This document shows, in pieces, positions 11,052 to 19,296 of a stretch of 64,000 bases of DNA. Position 1 is the stretch's first letter. Each line of letters begins with the position of its first letter. This DNA is from an uncultured Planctomycetota bacterium (GTDB taxonomy: Bacteria; Planctomycetota; Phycisphaerae; Tepidisphaerales; Tepidisphaeraceae), in assembly GCA_963841915.1 (NCBI GenBank), contig CAWJEN010000006.1, positions 352,001 to 416,000 on the forward strand, given 5' to 3'. The notes below the pieces were generated by a model that searched no databases, was not told the origin of the DNA, and worked only from the letters and a program-made list of their open reading frames with translations. Made by a program: the position numbers and the translations under genes.

Positions 11052-11953
11052 CGCCGCTCGACGTCGAGGCAGAACGGCGCGACTTTGCGGAAGCCGCCCG
11101 TCCAGCCGTGCCCGCGATACAAGTCGTACAACGCCTGCAGCTTCGGGTACTTCCAAGGCAGGTGCTGCGGCTCACGTGCCTTGACTTCGGGCGTCGACAG
11201 CAAGCCCGCACAGTCGTCGTACGCCTGACCGGCTTCTTCCTTCATCTCGGCAGCGTCGGCATCGAAGTGCTCAGCGACGGCGGAAAAGACGTCGCTGCTG
11301 CTGGCACGCGTCAGCTCAAACTTCTCATCGAGCGACAGGTCGAACGTCAGCACCAGTCGCCCGCCCGGCTTGACGACGCGGGCCATCTCGGCCACGGCGT
11401 TGACGTAGTCGCCTGTGTGCTCGAGCACGCTCACGCACATCATCACGTCGAGCGAAGCGTCATCAAACGGCAGCTTCTGGACGGCGGCCTCCCGAAACGT
11501 CACCCGCTCGTGGCCGACGTTGCCGGCGACGGCCTTGAACATCGGCACGTACTTAGTGTTCGTGTCGACGCACGTGAACGAAGCACCTTCGAGCCGGTCG
11601 CACAAGTAGTAAGGCAAGAACGTCACGCCGCTGCCCGCGTCGCAGCAGGCAAGGTCGGTCCGCCCCGTCCGGGCAGCGTGGGCCAAGACCGAGCGGGCGG
11701 CGAATGGGTACTCCCACCGTCGCGACCACAGGTGCATGGGGTCTTCACCCCAGTGCCGGCCGTACCCGGCTAACGCGTCGGCGTGTGCCTTAAGAAAGTC
11801 GTCGCTGTACTGCTTGAAGTCGCGGTAGTACGCGACAGTCCGCAGCGCGTCGAGTTCGGCGAGTGTCGGCACACCCGCCCGCATGGCCGGAAGGTCCGCA
11901 AAGGCGGCTTGACTGTCGCCAGGGGTCAGTACGTCGGCCGGTGTCGTCGTCAC
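11048..11953 (-). CDS. Class I SAM-dependent methyltransferase
   Basis: SRRWEYPF, DAGSG SAM motif, LPFDDASLD, SVLEH, RVVKPGGRLVLTFD. Confidence 0.9.
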   Translation of the reverse strand: MTTTPADVLTPGDSQAAFADLPAMRAGVPTLAELDALRTVAYYRDFKQYSDDFLKAHADALAGYGRHWGEDPMHLWSRRWEYPFAARSVLAHAARTGRTDLACCDAGSGVTFLPYYLCDRLEGASFTCVDTNTKYVPMFKAVAGNVGHERVTFREAAVQKLPFDDASLDVMMCVSVLEHTGDYVNAVAEMARVVKPGGRLVLTFDLSLDEKFELTRASSSDVFSAVAEHFDADAAEMKEEAGQAYDDCAGLLSTPEVKAREPQHLPWKYPKLQALYDLYRGHGWTGGFRKVAPFCLDVERR

Positions 11954-11992
11954 GATGCAAGCTCGTTCGTCACGTCAAGAAGCTCCGGCAAG

Positions 11993-12065
11993 TACTCCCA
12001 AGGGGAGTCGAACCCCTGTTTCCGCCGTGAGAGGGCAGCGTCCTAGGCCACTAGACGATGGGAGC
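11993..12065 (-). tRNA. tRNA-Glu (anticodon CTC); CCA not encoded
   Basis: Reverse complement GCTCCCATCGTCTAGTGGCCTAGGACGCTGCCCTCTCACGGCGGAAACAGGGGTTCGACTCCCCTTGGGAGTA folds as a cloverleaf with GTTCGA T-loop. Confidence 0.97.
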
Positions 12066-12077
12066 GTGGCGGCGGCT

Positions 12078-12106
12078 AGCATAGGCCACCGCTCCAGAGG
12101 GTCAAG
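12078..12106 (-). promoter_or_regulatory. Sigma70-type promoter of tRNA-Glu
   Basis: TTGACC-17 nt-TATGCT on the minus strand, just upstream of the tRNA. Confidence 0.7.
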
Positions 12107-12114
12107 ACTATCCA

Positions 12115-12633
12115 TTATGGTGTCGCAGCCGACGCTTCCGCCTCACTGCCACCGGCAATAGCCTGCTTGAAAGCGCCCGCTGAAACACGTGCCGCTCGCG
12201 TCGGAATGGCCGACTCGATGATGACATAGTTCTCACCCGCACCCAGCGGGACGCGATCGACACTCAGCGCTCGTTTCGGCGTCGCCGCCATCTCGCCCAG
12301 TGTCCGCGCGCTGCCGAAGACGGCCAGGATCGGCTCGTTGGCTGCATCAAATCTGCCCCGCCTTGCCCCCGTGCCGAGCAACTCGCCGGGCTTGAGCTCC
12401 ATGGCCGGCAACTCGCTGATGGGCGTATCCATAGATCCCGAGGGCCGGACGGCTGCAAAGGTTCCAGGCGACATGAGGTGCGACTCGACATCCCCGCCCG
12501 ACTTATAGAACCACAACACGACAGGCTCGGACGCGTCGTTGTAGACGGTCATACTCACGTCGCTGGCTCGCGTGCCGCAACCGCCTAGCAGCAAGGCAAT
12601 CAACAGCCCAAGTGTGATCGGCAGACACGTCAT
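12115..12633 (-). CDS. Hypothetical lipoprotein
   Basis: Hydrophobic signal with lipobox LLGGC; follows mlaD in the same orientation. Confidence 0.65.
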   Translation of the reverse strand: MTCLPITLGLLIALLLGGCGTRASDVSMTVYNDASEPVVLWFYKSGGDVESHLMSPGTFAAVRPSGSMDTPISELPAMELKPGELLGTGARRGRFDAANEPILAVFGSARTLGEMAATPKRALSVDRVPLGAGENYVIIESAIPTRAARVSAGAFKQAIAGGSEAEASAATP

Positions 12634-12660
12634 GGACGACCTTACGACTGTGGTCAGGCA

Positions 12661-13689
12661 TCAGAAGATCGAGACCTTCACGCCTTCGCTTTCGACCTGC
12701 TCGACGAGTCGCTCTGCCGCCTTGAGCACGCGGCCCAGGATTAGCAGATCGTCACGCAGAGCCTGGTACGCCTGGGGGTCATTCAGCAGCATCGCCATGG
12801 TGCCTTCACCTTGATCAACTTTGGCAGCGATGGCATTGAAGCGGGCGAGCAGCGCGTCAGCCTGACGCATCCGGGCGACGGCGTCGTCGCTGAGCGTCTT
12901 GACGGTGCCGCGGGTGTCGTCGACGAGTGTCCGGACGCTGGCGGCGGCGGCTTTGGCGTCGCCGGTGATCTCGCTGGCGTCGGCCAAGACCGATTCGGCC
13001 TGATCGCCCAGCAGGTTGGCCCGCTCACCGAGCTTGCGATATTCCTCGGCCGCCAACGCCGCCTCCTCCGTCGCGCGGCGGGTGTTGACCACCGTCTCTT
13101 TCAGGTTGTCTCGAAACTCGCCGTCACCGGCGACGGCATTGACCGACTCGACCAGCTCACCCAACCGCTCGGCCTGCTCACGGATCGTCGCCGGCAGGTT
13201 CTGCTCACGCATCTCTGCCACCAGCCCGCGAATCTCTTCCGCCAAAGCGGGCAGCTCTTCCGGGATCAAACCGCCCGTGGGTGAACGGCCGGGAATCATC
13301 TCCGGCCCGTCAGACAGCTTGCCCGATGCCATATCGCCCTGGAGCGTGAGCTCGATGGCCGCACCGCCGCTGATGGGGTTGGTCGACTTGACCACACCTT
13401 CGACGTTGCTCGGCACGAAATCGTCCTGGAGCATGAGCACGACGTCGAACGCGATGCGCGACTCGTCGGGCGCGATCGAGGCGACTCGGCCGACGCTTTG
13501 GCCTCGATACGTGACGCGTGCGCCTTCGCTGAGCCCGTCGACGCGTGGCAGGCTGAGCCGTACGTCGTAGCCCGAACCGGCGGCGAGCCCGCCGAGCGTG
13601 CCGCCGAACTGCACGATCATCCAGCCCAGTGCCGCCAACGCCGCAAGGACGGTGACAGCGACGACCACATTGCTCTTGCCACTACCCAT
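12661..13689 (-). CDS. MlaD/MCE family protein
   Basis: N-terminal TM, VDGLSEGARVTYRGQSVGRV MCE motif, long helical region, GEGTMAMLLNDPQAY. Confidence 0.9.
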   Translation of the reverse strand: MGSGKSNVVVAVTVLAALAALGWMIVQFGGTLGGLAAGSGYDVRLSLPRVDGLSEGARVTYRGQSVGRVASIAPDESRIAFDVVLMLQDDFVPSNVEGVVKSTNPISGGAAIELTLQGDMASGKLSDGPEMIPGRSPTGGLIPEELPALAEEIRGLVAEMREQNLPATIREQAERLGELVESVNAVAGDGEFRDNLKETVVNTRRATEEAALAAEEYRKLGERANLLGDQAESVLADASEITGDAKAAAASVRTLVDDTRGTVKTLSDDAVARMRQADALLARFNAIAAKVDQGEGTMAMLLNDPQAYQALRDDLLILGRVLKAAERLVEQVESEGVKVSIF

Positions 13690-13920
13690 AGGTCCCACAG
13701 TACGGTGCGGCCGACGCCTCAGCACTGCTCATGTTGAAGATGGGCAGACGTTACCGCCTGAACCATGCGGCGGGCAGAATGTGAAGGCGGAAACTCGTTT
13801 CAGAACTTCGCATCGCCCAAAGCGGGTGGGGTGGTTGGCGATCGGCCTGCGACAACTTAAAGTACCCGCTCGTACGGCGCGACCGCGGCGTTGTCGGCTT
13901 GGCACTGTGGCCGAACCGAT

Positions 13921-14089
13921 GGACGCCCTTGATGGCGCCGGGCCGCCGATCGGGGTCACGCCCGCCTGGCTTCCTTCGTGGAGCTTTGTCGGGATCATCC
14001 TGATGGGCACCCCCCAGGCCGAAGGGTTATCCCTTCCGCTCTAACCGGGGACAGGCTCGGGCCACACCTAACGCCTCAAGGGTTCGTCC
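13921..14089 (-). ncRNA. ssrS: Probable 6S RNA (rod-like structured ncRNA)
   Basis: ~169-nt intergenic element with pairing ends (GGACG..CCCTTGA.GGCG / CGCC.TCAAGGG.CGTCC), internal hairpin GAAGGG-ATAA-CCCTTC and TGCCCA...GGAAGCC segment reminiscent of 6S RNAs; strand inferred. Confidence 0.55.
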
Positions 14090-14168
14090 GCACCGCCTCG
14101 CTGCGTCCGCGGGTCGTTGCCGTACGTTTCGCACAACTGGTCGACGCCTCGCGTATCCTCTACGCAGC

Positions 14169-14432
14169 ATGGCCCGCCGACCCGTCTTACACCACCGACG
14201 ACCCGCCGCCCTTGCAGGTGGGCTGCTCGCAATTGCCTTGTGCGGGCTCCTCGTCGGATGCACTTCGAACGGCGGACGTCTCGAAACCGGTTACCGCTAT
14301 CGGCCCATCGGTGCAACGACGTTCGAACGCCGCGCGTTCTACACCGACCGCTTCAGCGTCGAAGCTCGGCAGGCCGATGCCTACCGCACGGCCGAAGAGG
14401 CTGTCGGCCGCCCGCGCGTCGGCGGACGCTGA
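14169..14432 (+). CDS. Small hypothetical lipoprotein
   Basis: Basic N-terminus, hydrophobic stretch, lipobox LLVGC; LETGYRYRPIG...RRAFY. Confidence 0.6.
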   Translation: MARRPVLHHRRPAALAGGLLAIALCGLLVGCTSNGGRLETGYRYRPIGATTFERRAFYTDRFSVEARQADAYRTAEEAVGRPRVGGR

Positions 14433-14444
14433 GTCCTAGCTGCC

Positions 14445-15368
14445 ATGGATCTCCGCGACACGTCCATTACGACCGCCTTCATCCGCCAAGTGCGGCGACG
14501 GTGGGTCTTGCAAAACCTCCTCTTCTCTGCCTTGACCGGCGGTGTTGGCGGTGCTGCGGTTGGCCTGCTCGTGTCGGGTCGGCTCGCGCTCCTGACCAGC
14601 GTCGCGGGTGTTATTGTCGGCCTCGTCCTGGCCGAAAAGCCCTCCCTTGCCAGGACGGCGGATTATCTCGACACGCTCTGGAATCTGCCGCAAACGCTCG
14701 GCACGTTCTGCCGCGCTAAAGTTGAGTCGCGTCCGCTGCTGGCTAATGCGGCGGACCGGTGCATCTCCGGCCGAACGGACATCACGCTCCCACGCAACCC
14801 GCGCCCGCTGATCCTCGCGATGACGGCTGCCTTCGGGATGGGTGCTCTTGCAGGTACCGGCTACCTGCCGACATTTCCCTCTAATGGCGGAGGAACCGAG
14901 GCCGAATCCGGTGGCGAGAGCATCGTTAGCGGCCTGATCGGCGAAACGGCGTCGGCCCGGCCGTCGCTACTAAACCGCCGTGAAGGCGACGCTCGAGATT
15001 TGCGGCTTGCCGCGTCGAGTGACGTCGCCGCTGGGTCAGATCAGCAGACGCGTAACCCGGCGGCCGGTGACGGCAGCCAAGCCGTGACGACGACAGGCAC
15101 GAAGATGCTTGATAACGCCACCGCCGCGCCGCGACGTGTCGAAGGCACCGAGACCGGCGACATCGCACCGGCTTCGACCGGCGCAGCCATCGAAGACGGT
15201 GAGGCTTCGGCCAGCGGCATCGGCCGCGTTGCATCAGTTCGACCACGATCCGATCCGCCAGGCGAGGTGGAACTATTGCGAGATGGCTCTCGCGAGACGC
15301 CACCGGCGTGGGCTGATCTGCCGGTCCGCTACCACGCCGTCGCTCGTCGCTACTTTGCCGATGACTGA
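14445..15368 (+). CDS. Hypothetical membrane protein
   Basis: Three TM segments, low-complexity tail ending LPVRYHAVARRYF. Confidence 0.65.
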   Translation: MDLRDTSITTAFIRQVRRRWVLQNLLFSALTGGVGGAAVGLLVSGRLALLTSVAGVIVGLVLAEKPSLARTADYLDTLWNLPQTLGTFCRAKVESRPLLANAADRCISGRTDITLPRNPRPLILAMTAAFGMGALAGTGYLPTFPSNGGGTEAESGGESIVSGLIGETASARPSLLNRREGDARDLRLAASSDVAAGSDQQTRNPAAGDGSQAVTTTGTKMLDNATAAPRRVEGTETGDIAPASTGAAIEDGEASASGIGRVASVRPRSDPPGEVELLRDGSRETPPAWADLPVRYHAVARRYFADD

Positions 15369-15383
15369 GTAACGTCTCAGCCG

Positions 15384-15947
15384 TTACGCCTTTACCCAGT
15401 CTGGTGCCATGGCCTTGCCTTTCACGTTCTCGCCTTGCCCGCCATCGAGTGTGGCCAGGACGGCCTTCATGAAGTGGCCCAAGTCGTCGGGGTGACGCGA
15501 GGTGATGATCGGGCCGTCGACGACGCAGGCCTCGTCCACCCACTCGGCACCGGCGTTCCGCACGTCATCCACGATGCTGAAGAAACTCGTGCAGCGACGC
15601 CCCTTGAGCACGCCTGCCGTGCAAAGCATCCACGGACCGTGGCAGATCGCGGCCATCGGCTTGTCGAGCTGCCCCGCCTCCTTCACGAACCGCACCATGT
15701 GTTCGTCGCGACGCATGTGATCCGGGCTGCTGCCCCCGGGAATGATGATCAGGTCGTAGTCCGCGGCCTTGGCTTCCTTGCTTGGCACGTTCGCGCCTTG
15801 CTTCGTCCCATATTTGCCTTCGTAAGTAGGCCCTACGTCTGGGGCAATGACATCGACATCGTGCCCCGCCTCGATCAGGCGGAGGCGCGGGTAGTGCAAT
15901 TCGTTGTCTTCGAACAGCTTCTCAAGCAGGATTGCAACTTTTGGCAT
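15384..15947 (-). CDS. PfpI/DJ-1 family (type 1 glutamine amidotransferase-like) protein
   Basis: FEDNELHYP, IIPGG.SPD.MR, AAICHGPW, VVDGPIITSRHPDDL. Confidence 0.95.
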   Translation of the reverse strand: MPKVAILLEKLFEDNELHYPRLRLIEAGHDVDVIAPDVGPTYEGKYGTKQGANVPSKEAKAADYDLIIIPGGSSPDHMRRDEHMVRFVKEAGQLDKPMAAICHGPWMLCTAGVLKGRRCTSFFSIVDDVRNAGAEWVDEACVVDGPIITSRHPDDLGHFMKAVLATLDGGQGENVKGKAMAPDWVKA

Positions 15948-16185
15948 GTGAGTCTAGGTAAACAGGAGGGGACGAACGGGACGAGGACTCTATCTAACAC
16001 CCTCGACCTGGCGGCCGTACTCGAAAATTTTGACTTGTCAAGGATTTTGTCCCTTTGCAAGTTGCGGTTTGTCGATCAGAGTTACAGGGGTCTCGTCGGA
16101 GGAACCCGTCCATGCCGTGCAAGGAATGGCAAGACGGTGCGACGACAGTTCGAACCTGCCCCCAACTCAGAAAAGTCCGGAGAAA

Positions 16186-16884
16186 ATGCGTCACAACCAA
16201 CCCCTTCACCTCGCCGCGGTCGCGGCCACTGTCTGCTTCGCTGTTGGTGCCGCTTCGAACACCGCCGAAGCTGTCGACGTCGAGGTGCAAATCACCGGTC
16301 TTGACCTGTTCTTCGGGTTTGAGAACCGGGGCAACATCCAGACGGGCCCCAGTGCTGGTGACGTCGACCAAGTCGAATCTGCCACCTTCTTTGTTGATGG
16401 TGTCCCGATCCAGACGATCGTCGGCAACATTGAGGCCAACATCGGCATTCCCGGTTTCGTCATTCCCGCCGCTGGTGGAACGGCCATGAACGAACTGGAG
16501 TTTGGCTACTTCAACATCGATTTCGATGCTGACACGGCCGGCTCGGGTTGGCTCGACCTGGACCTTGACGAGGCCTTCAACGTCACCGCCTTCTACACGG
16601 GCAACGAGCTGGGTATCAGCCTCTTCGGCACTGCCGATGCCCTTCAGTCGGCTCAACCGATCGCCCGCGTCCCCGGCTTCCCCGGCTTTGGACCCGACGA
16701 CACGATCACGTTCAGCTTCGTCAGCTCCAACCTGAGCAACGTCGAGCAGGACGGTCACGATCTGACGAAGTTCCGCGCGAGCGGCACCGGAAGCATCCAA
16801 GGCGGAAACGTCGTGCCTGAGCCGACCTCGATCGCGCTTGCCGGCATGGCCTCGGTGGCCCTGCTGCGTCGCCGCCGCGCTTGA
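16186..16884 (+). CDS. PEP-CTERM sorting domain-containing secreted protein
   Basis: Signal peptide (..SNTAEA) and C-terminal VPEPTSIALAGMASVALLRRRRA. Confidence 0.9.
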   Translation: MRHNQPLHLAAVAATVCFAVGAASNTAEAVDVEVQITGLDLFFGFENRGNIQTGPSAGDVDQVESATFFVDGVPIQTIVGNIEANIGIPGFVIPAAGGTAMNELEFGYFNIDFDADTAGSGWLDLDLDEAFNVTAFYTGNELGISLFGTADALQSAQPIARVPGFPGFGPDDTITFSFVSSNLSNVEQDGHDLTKFRASGTGSIQGGNVVPEPTSIALAGMASVALLRRRRA

Positions 16885-16908
16885 GCTACATCTGAAACTC
16901 TCTCCCCG

Positions 16909-16936
16909 CCCGCCCGCACTTGTGCGGCGGGTTTTT
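16909..16936 (+). terminator. Rho-independent terminator
   Basis: CCCGCCCGCA-CTTG-TGCG.GCGGG stem followed by TTTTT, between convergent genes. Confidence 0.75.
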
Positions 16937-16953
16937 CGTGCGCCTCGATCGGC

Positions 16954-18744
16954 TCAACTTGCCGCGGCCCACGCCGCCAGGGTCGGCAGCTCGTCGTCAA
17001 AGAACGCCACAAGGTCAGCCAGCCGCGCCTCGTCCGACGCCCACCGGTCAAGCATCGCCCCGCGCGTGCGCTCGGGCGCGTCGAGGAGTCGCTCCCGCTG
17101 TCGCTGCCGCCACGCCTCGAAGTGGGCGTAGTCGGCCGCTTGGTCCCGCTTGAGCTCTGCCTCTCGACGGAGCAGGAACTCTCGGTGAGCCGACACATGC
17201 GCGTCTTCATCGCGAGCGGCGATTACTGCCGGCACCTGCCTGGCCGCCAGACGTCGTTGCTCGTCTTGAACGAACCGGTCGCCGTGCGTCCTGGCAGCAG
17301 ATGCCACGCTCGGCGGCATCGCTGCGCCGCCGGTCGTCTGACGGTCCCGCAACACCCGCTGGCCCAGACGGTGCCCGGCCTCGCGCGGCTCGACGCTCGG
17401 CAACGCCTCGTGCAATCGCCCCGCCGCCCGAAGGTCCGCCGCCGTCGGCTCTGCGACCGTCATGCCGTCTGTAACCATTCCTGCCACTCCCGCGTAGAAG
17501 CCGACCGCCAGCGACGCCGCAGGTGTGTCCGCCACGCTCGCCGGCTCCGGCCAATCTTCGACTAAAGCCCGCCTGAGCAGGCCCAGCCGGTTCCGCGACA
17601 CCGAACGACGCGGCAACCAGGCGAGCTGCCGGTCGATCACGTCAGCATCGAGCTCGCCGGCCAGCCAGTCAGCCGTGGCCTGGTCAAATCCGGCACGAGC
17701 CAACGCCGTCGCAGCAGCATCGACCGTGTGCTGTTTGAGAGTGTTTTTGGGAGGTGTCTTTTCTTCCTCTACTAAGGCCGGTGGCGAAACTGTACCGACG
17801 CCGGTGGGATTCGTGGACCGAGGCCGGTGGGTCTTTTGGACCGCTGTGCCGGTTGCTTTTTTGGACCGAGGCGAGCGGGCAGGCCGGTCGCCTTTTTGGA
17901 CCGACGCGCCGGTGCGGGTCGGTGGGGTTTCTGAACCGACTTGCCACCGCACGCCGTACTCGGCTGCGGTGCTGCACCGCCCGCCGTCTGGATCAAACGT
18001 GCCCGCCTGGGCCAGCCGGATGTAGCCGACATCGAGCGCGGCGTGGACGGCTTTGCTGAGCGTCTTGCGGTCGCTGATCCCGCAACGGCGCTGTAGCTCG
18101 CTGAAGCTCAAGGCCGTCTGCTGGCGTCGGCCACCGAATTGGTTCTGGTAGCCGATGGTCTGCCTCAAGACGATGCCGACGACGCGGCTAGTGGCCAGCG
18201 GCTCGCGTTTGACGATGTCGTCGAAGTAGGCGTCGGGGATGGGCGATCGTCTGCCTTCGCCGGTGTAGAAGCCGCGGAACGTGTGCGGGTCGCTTTGCCA
18301 CTCGCCGCTGTCGTCCCATCGCAGCTCGTAGCGGGCCGAGGCCGAGTCTTTGCCGACCGACTTGGCCCGGCCGCGAGCGACGATGCGGACGTAGCCGGCA
18401 TCAACGGCTTCGGCGACAGCTTTGCTGATCCCGCCGCGACTGATGCCGGCCTCATCGATGAGCTGCCGCCAGGTCACGCTGATCCGCTGCTCGATGGGCC
18501 GGCCGTCTGCTCCAAGCCAGCCGAGCGTTCGGCGGAGCAGGTAGCTCACGAGGCGAACACACCCGCGCGACTGGTTCGGCAGGCACAGCTCGAAGAACTG
18601 ATTGGGTGTGTAGATGTAGTTGGCGTTGATCGGCCGGAAGCCGGCGAACGCCTTGGCGTCGCTTGTTTCGCTGCGCGCGCCGAGCCCGCGAGCGGCTTTG
18701 GTGCCGCCGACGCGGGTGGCGTGGCTGAGCGATGCAGAGGGCAT
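16954..18744 (-). CDS. Putative replication initiator with two tandem lambda-O-like winged-helix domains
   Basis: Two internally similar units (FAGF..NYIYTPNQFFE..VRLVSYLLRRTLGW..ISVTWRQL..AGIS / FRGF..SPIPDAYFDD..RVVGIVLRQTIGY..LSFSELQRRCGIS), a repeat-encoded linker, and a Rep-like C-terminal GLLRRALVEDWPEP. Confidence 0.7.
   Translation of the reverse strand: MPSASLSHATRVGGTKAARGLGARSETSDAKAFAGFRPINANYIYTPNQFFELCLPNQSRGCVRLVSYLLRRTLGWLGADGRPIEQRISVTWRQLIDEAGISRGGISKAVAEAVDAGYVRIVARGRAKSVGKDSASARYELRWDDSGEWQSDPHTFRGFYTGEGRRSPIPDAYFDDIVKREPLATSRVVGIVLRQTIGYQNQFGGRRQQTALSFSELQRRCGISDRKTLSKAVHAALDVGYIRLAQAGTFDPDGGRCSTAAEYGVRWQVGSETPPTRTGASVQKGDRPARSPRSKKATGTAVQKTHRPRSTNPTGVGTVSPPALVEEEKTPPKNTLKQHTVDAAATALARAGFDQATADWLAGELDADVIDRQLAWLPRRSVSRNRLGLLRRALVEDWPEPASVADTPAASLAVGFYAGVAGMVTDGMTVAEPTAADLRAAGRLHEALPSVEPREAGHRLGQRVLRDRQTTGGAAMPPSVASAARTHGDRFVQDEQRRLAARQVPAVIAARDEDAHVSAHREFLLRREAELKRDQAADYAHFEAWRQRQRERLLDAPERTRGAMLDRWASDEARLADLVAFFDDELPTLAAWAAAS
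17776..17939. repeat. Six ~23-bp iteron-like direct repeats inside the rep gene
   Basis: Consensus GCCGGT-N9-TGGACCGA (degenerate end copies) at about 17776, 17799, 17822, 17847, 17882 and 17917. Confidence 0.8.
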
Positions 18745-18847
18745 GTGGACCTACGGCGCGCGCCGCGTGAGGCTTCACGCGGCGCAGCAGGCTGTGGTGG
18801 TCTTGTGAGGTAGCAGTGCCGCCGATGCGGCGCTGCCGAAGGGGCCG

Positions 18848-19057
18848 CTAACTGTCCTTCATCAGCGGCGGGAAGTGGGCGGCGTCGCAGAGGCCTTCCT
18901 CCTGCATGAGCCGGCGTACGAGCGTGTTGACCACGTACGACCGGTCTCGATCATGCCGGGCCATCAGCAGGTCGAGGTACGACCGGACGGCCGGCTCGAG
19001 GTTGACGGTCGTCACGACCTTCCTCCGCTTGGGTCGCCGCTTGGGGCTGGTGGGCAT
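18848..19057 (-). CDS. Small ribbon-helix-helix (CopG/Arc-like) DNA-binding protein
   Basis: 69 aa: KVVTTVNL (beta strand), EPAVRSYLDLLMARH (helix), DRDRSYVVNTLVRR (RS..V helix); upstream of rep, same strand. Confidence 0.7.
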   Translation of the reverse strand: MPTSPKRRPKRRKVVTTVNLEPAVRSYLDLLMARHDRDRSYVVNTLVRRLMQEEGLCDAAHFPPLMKDS

Positions 19058-19296
19058 GGCAGGCTCGACGGGCTGGCTTGGTACATGCGGCGTCACACGG
19101 TGTCACGCGCTGCATTGCACTACAGCATGATACGAACCACCAGATGTTGTGGCCAAGATGATCGACGCGGCGCGCCAGGGGTGCAGCGGTTTCGCCTGAG
19201 ACGTGCGAAAGCCGCACCCGATTGGGTGCGGCTTCTGGTGGGGTGCTGGTCCGTCGTCGGATCGATCAAAGCCAGCGAAGTGGCTTTGCCAGCGGC

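Noticed and set aside
10002..11228. 408-aa plus-strand ORF (and similar long overlapping ORFs such as 26874-28397, 49007-50185, 57947-59143)
   Set aside because: Opposite-strand shadows of well-supported genes; expected in GC-rich DNA.
11993..12065. tRNA-Glu as an integration site for an island
   Set aside because: No duplicated tRNA 3' end or integrase is seen nearby.
13921..14089. SRP RNA, tmRNA or RNase P RNA interpretation of the structured element
   Set aside because: It lacks the SRP CAGG-GNRA-AGCAG core, tmRNA tRNA-like ends with CCA, and the RNase P GAGGAAAGTCC signature.
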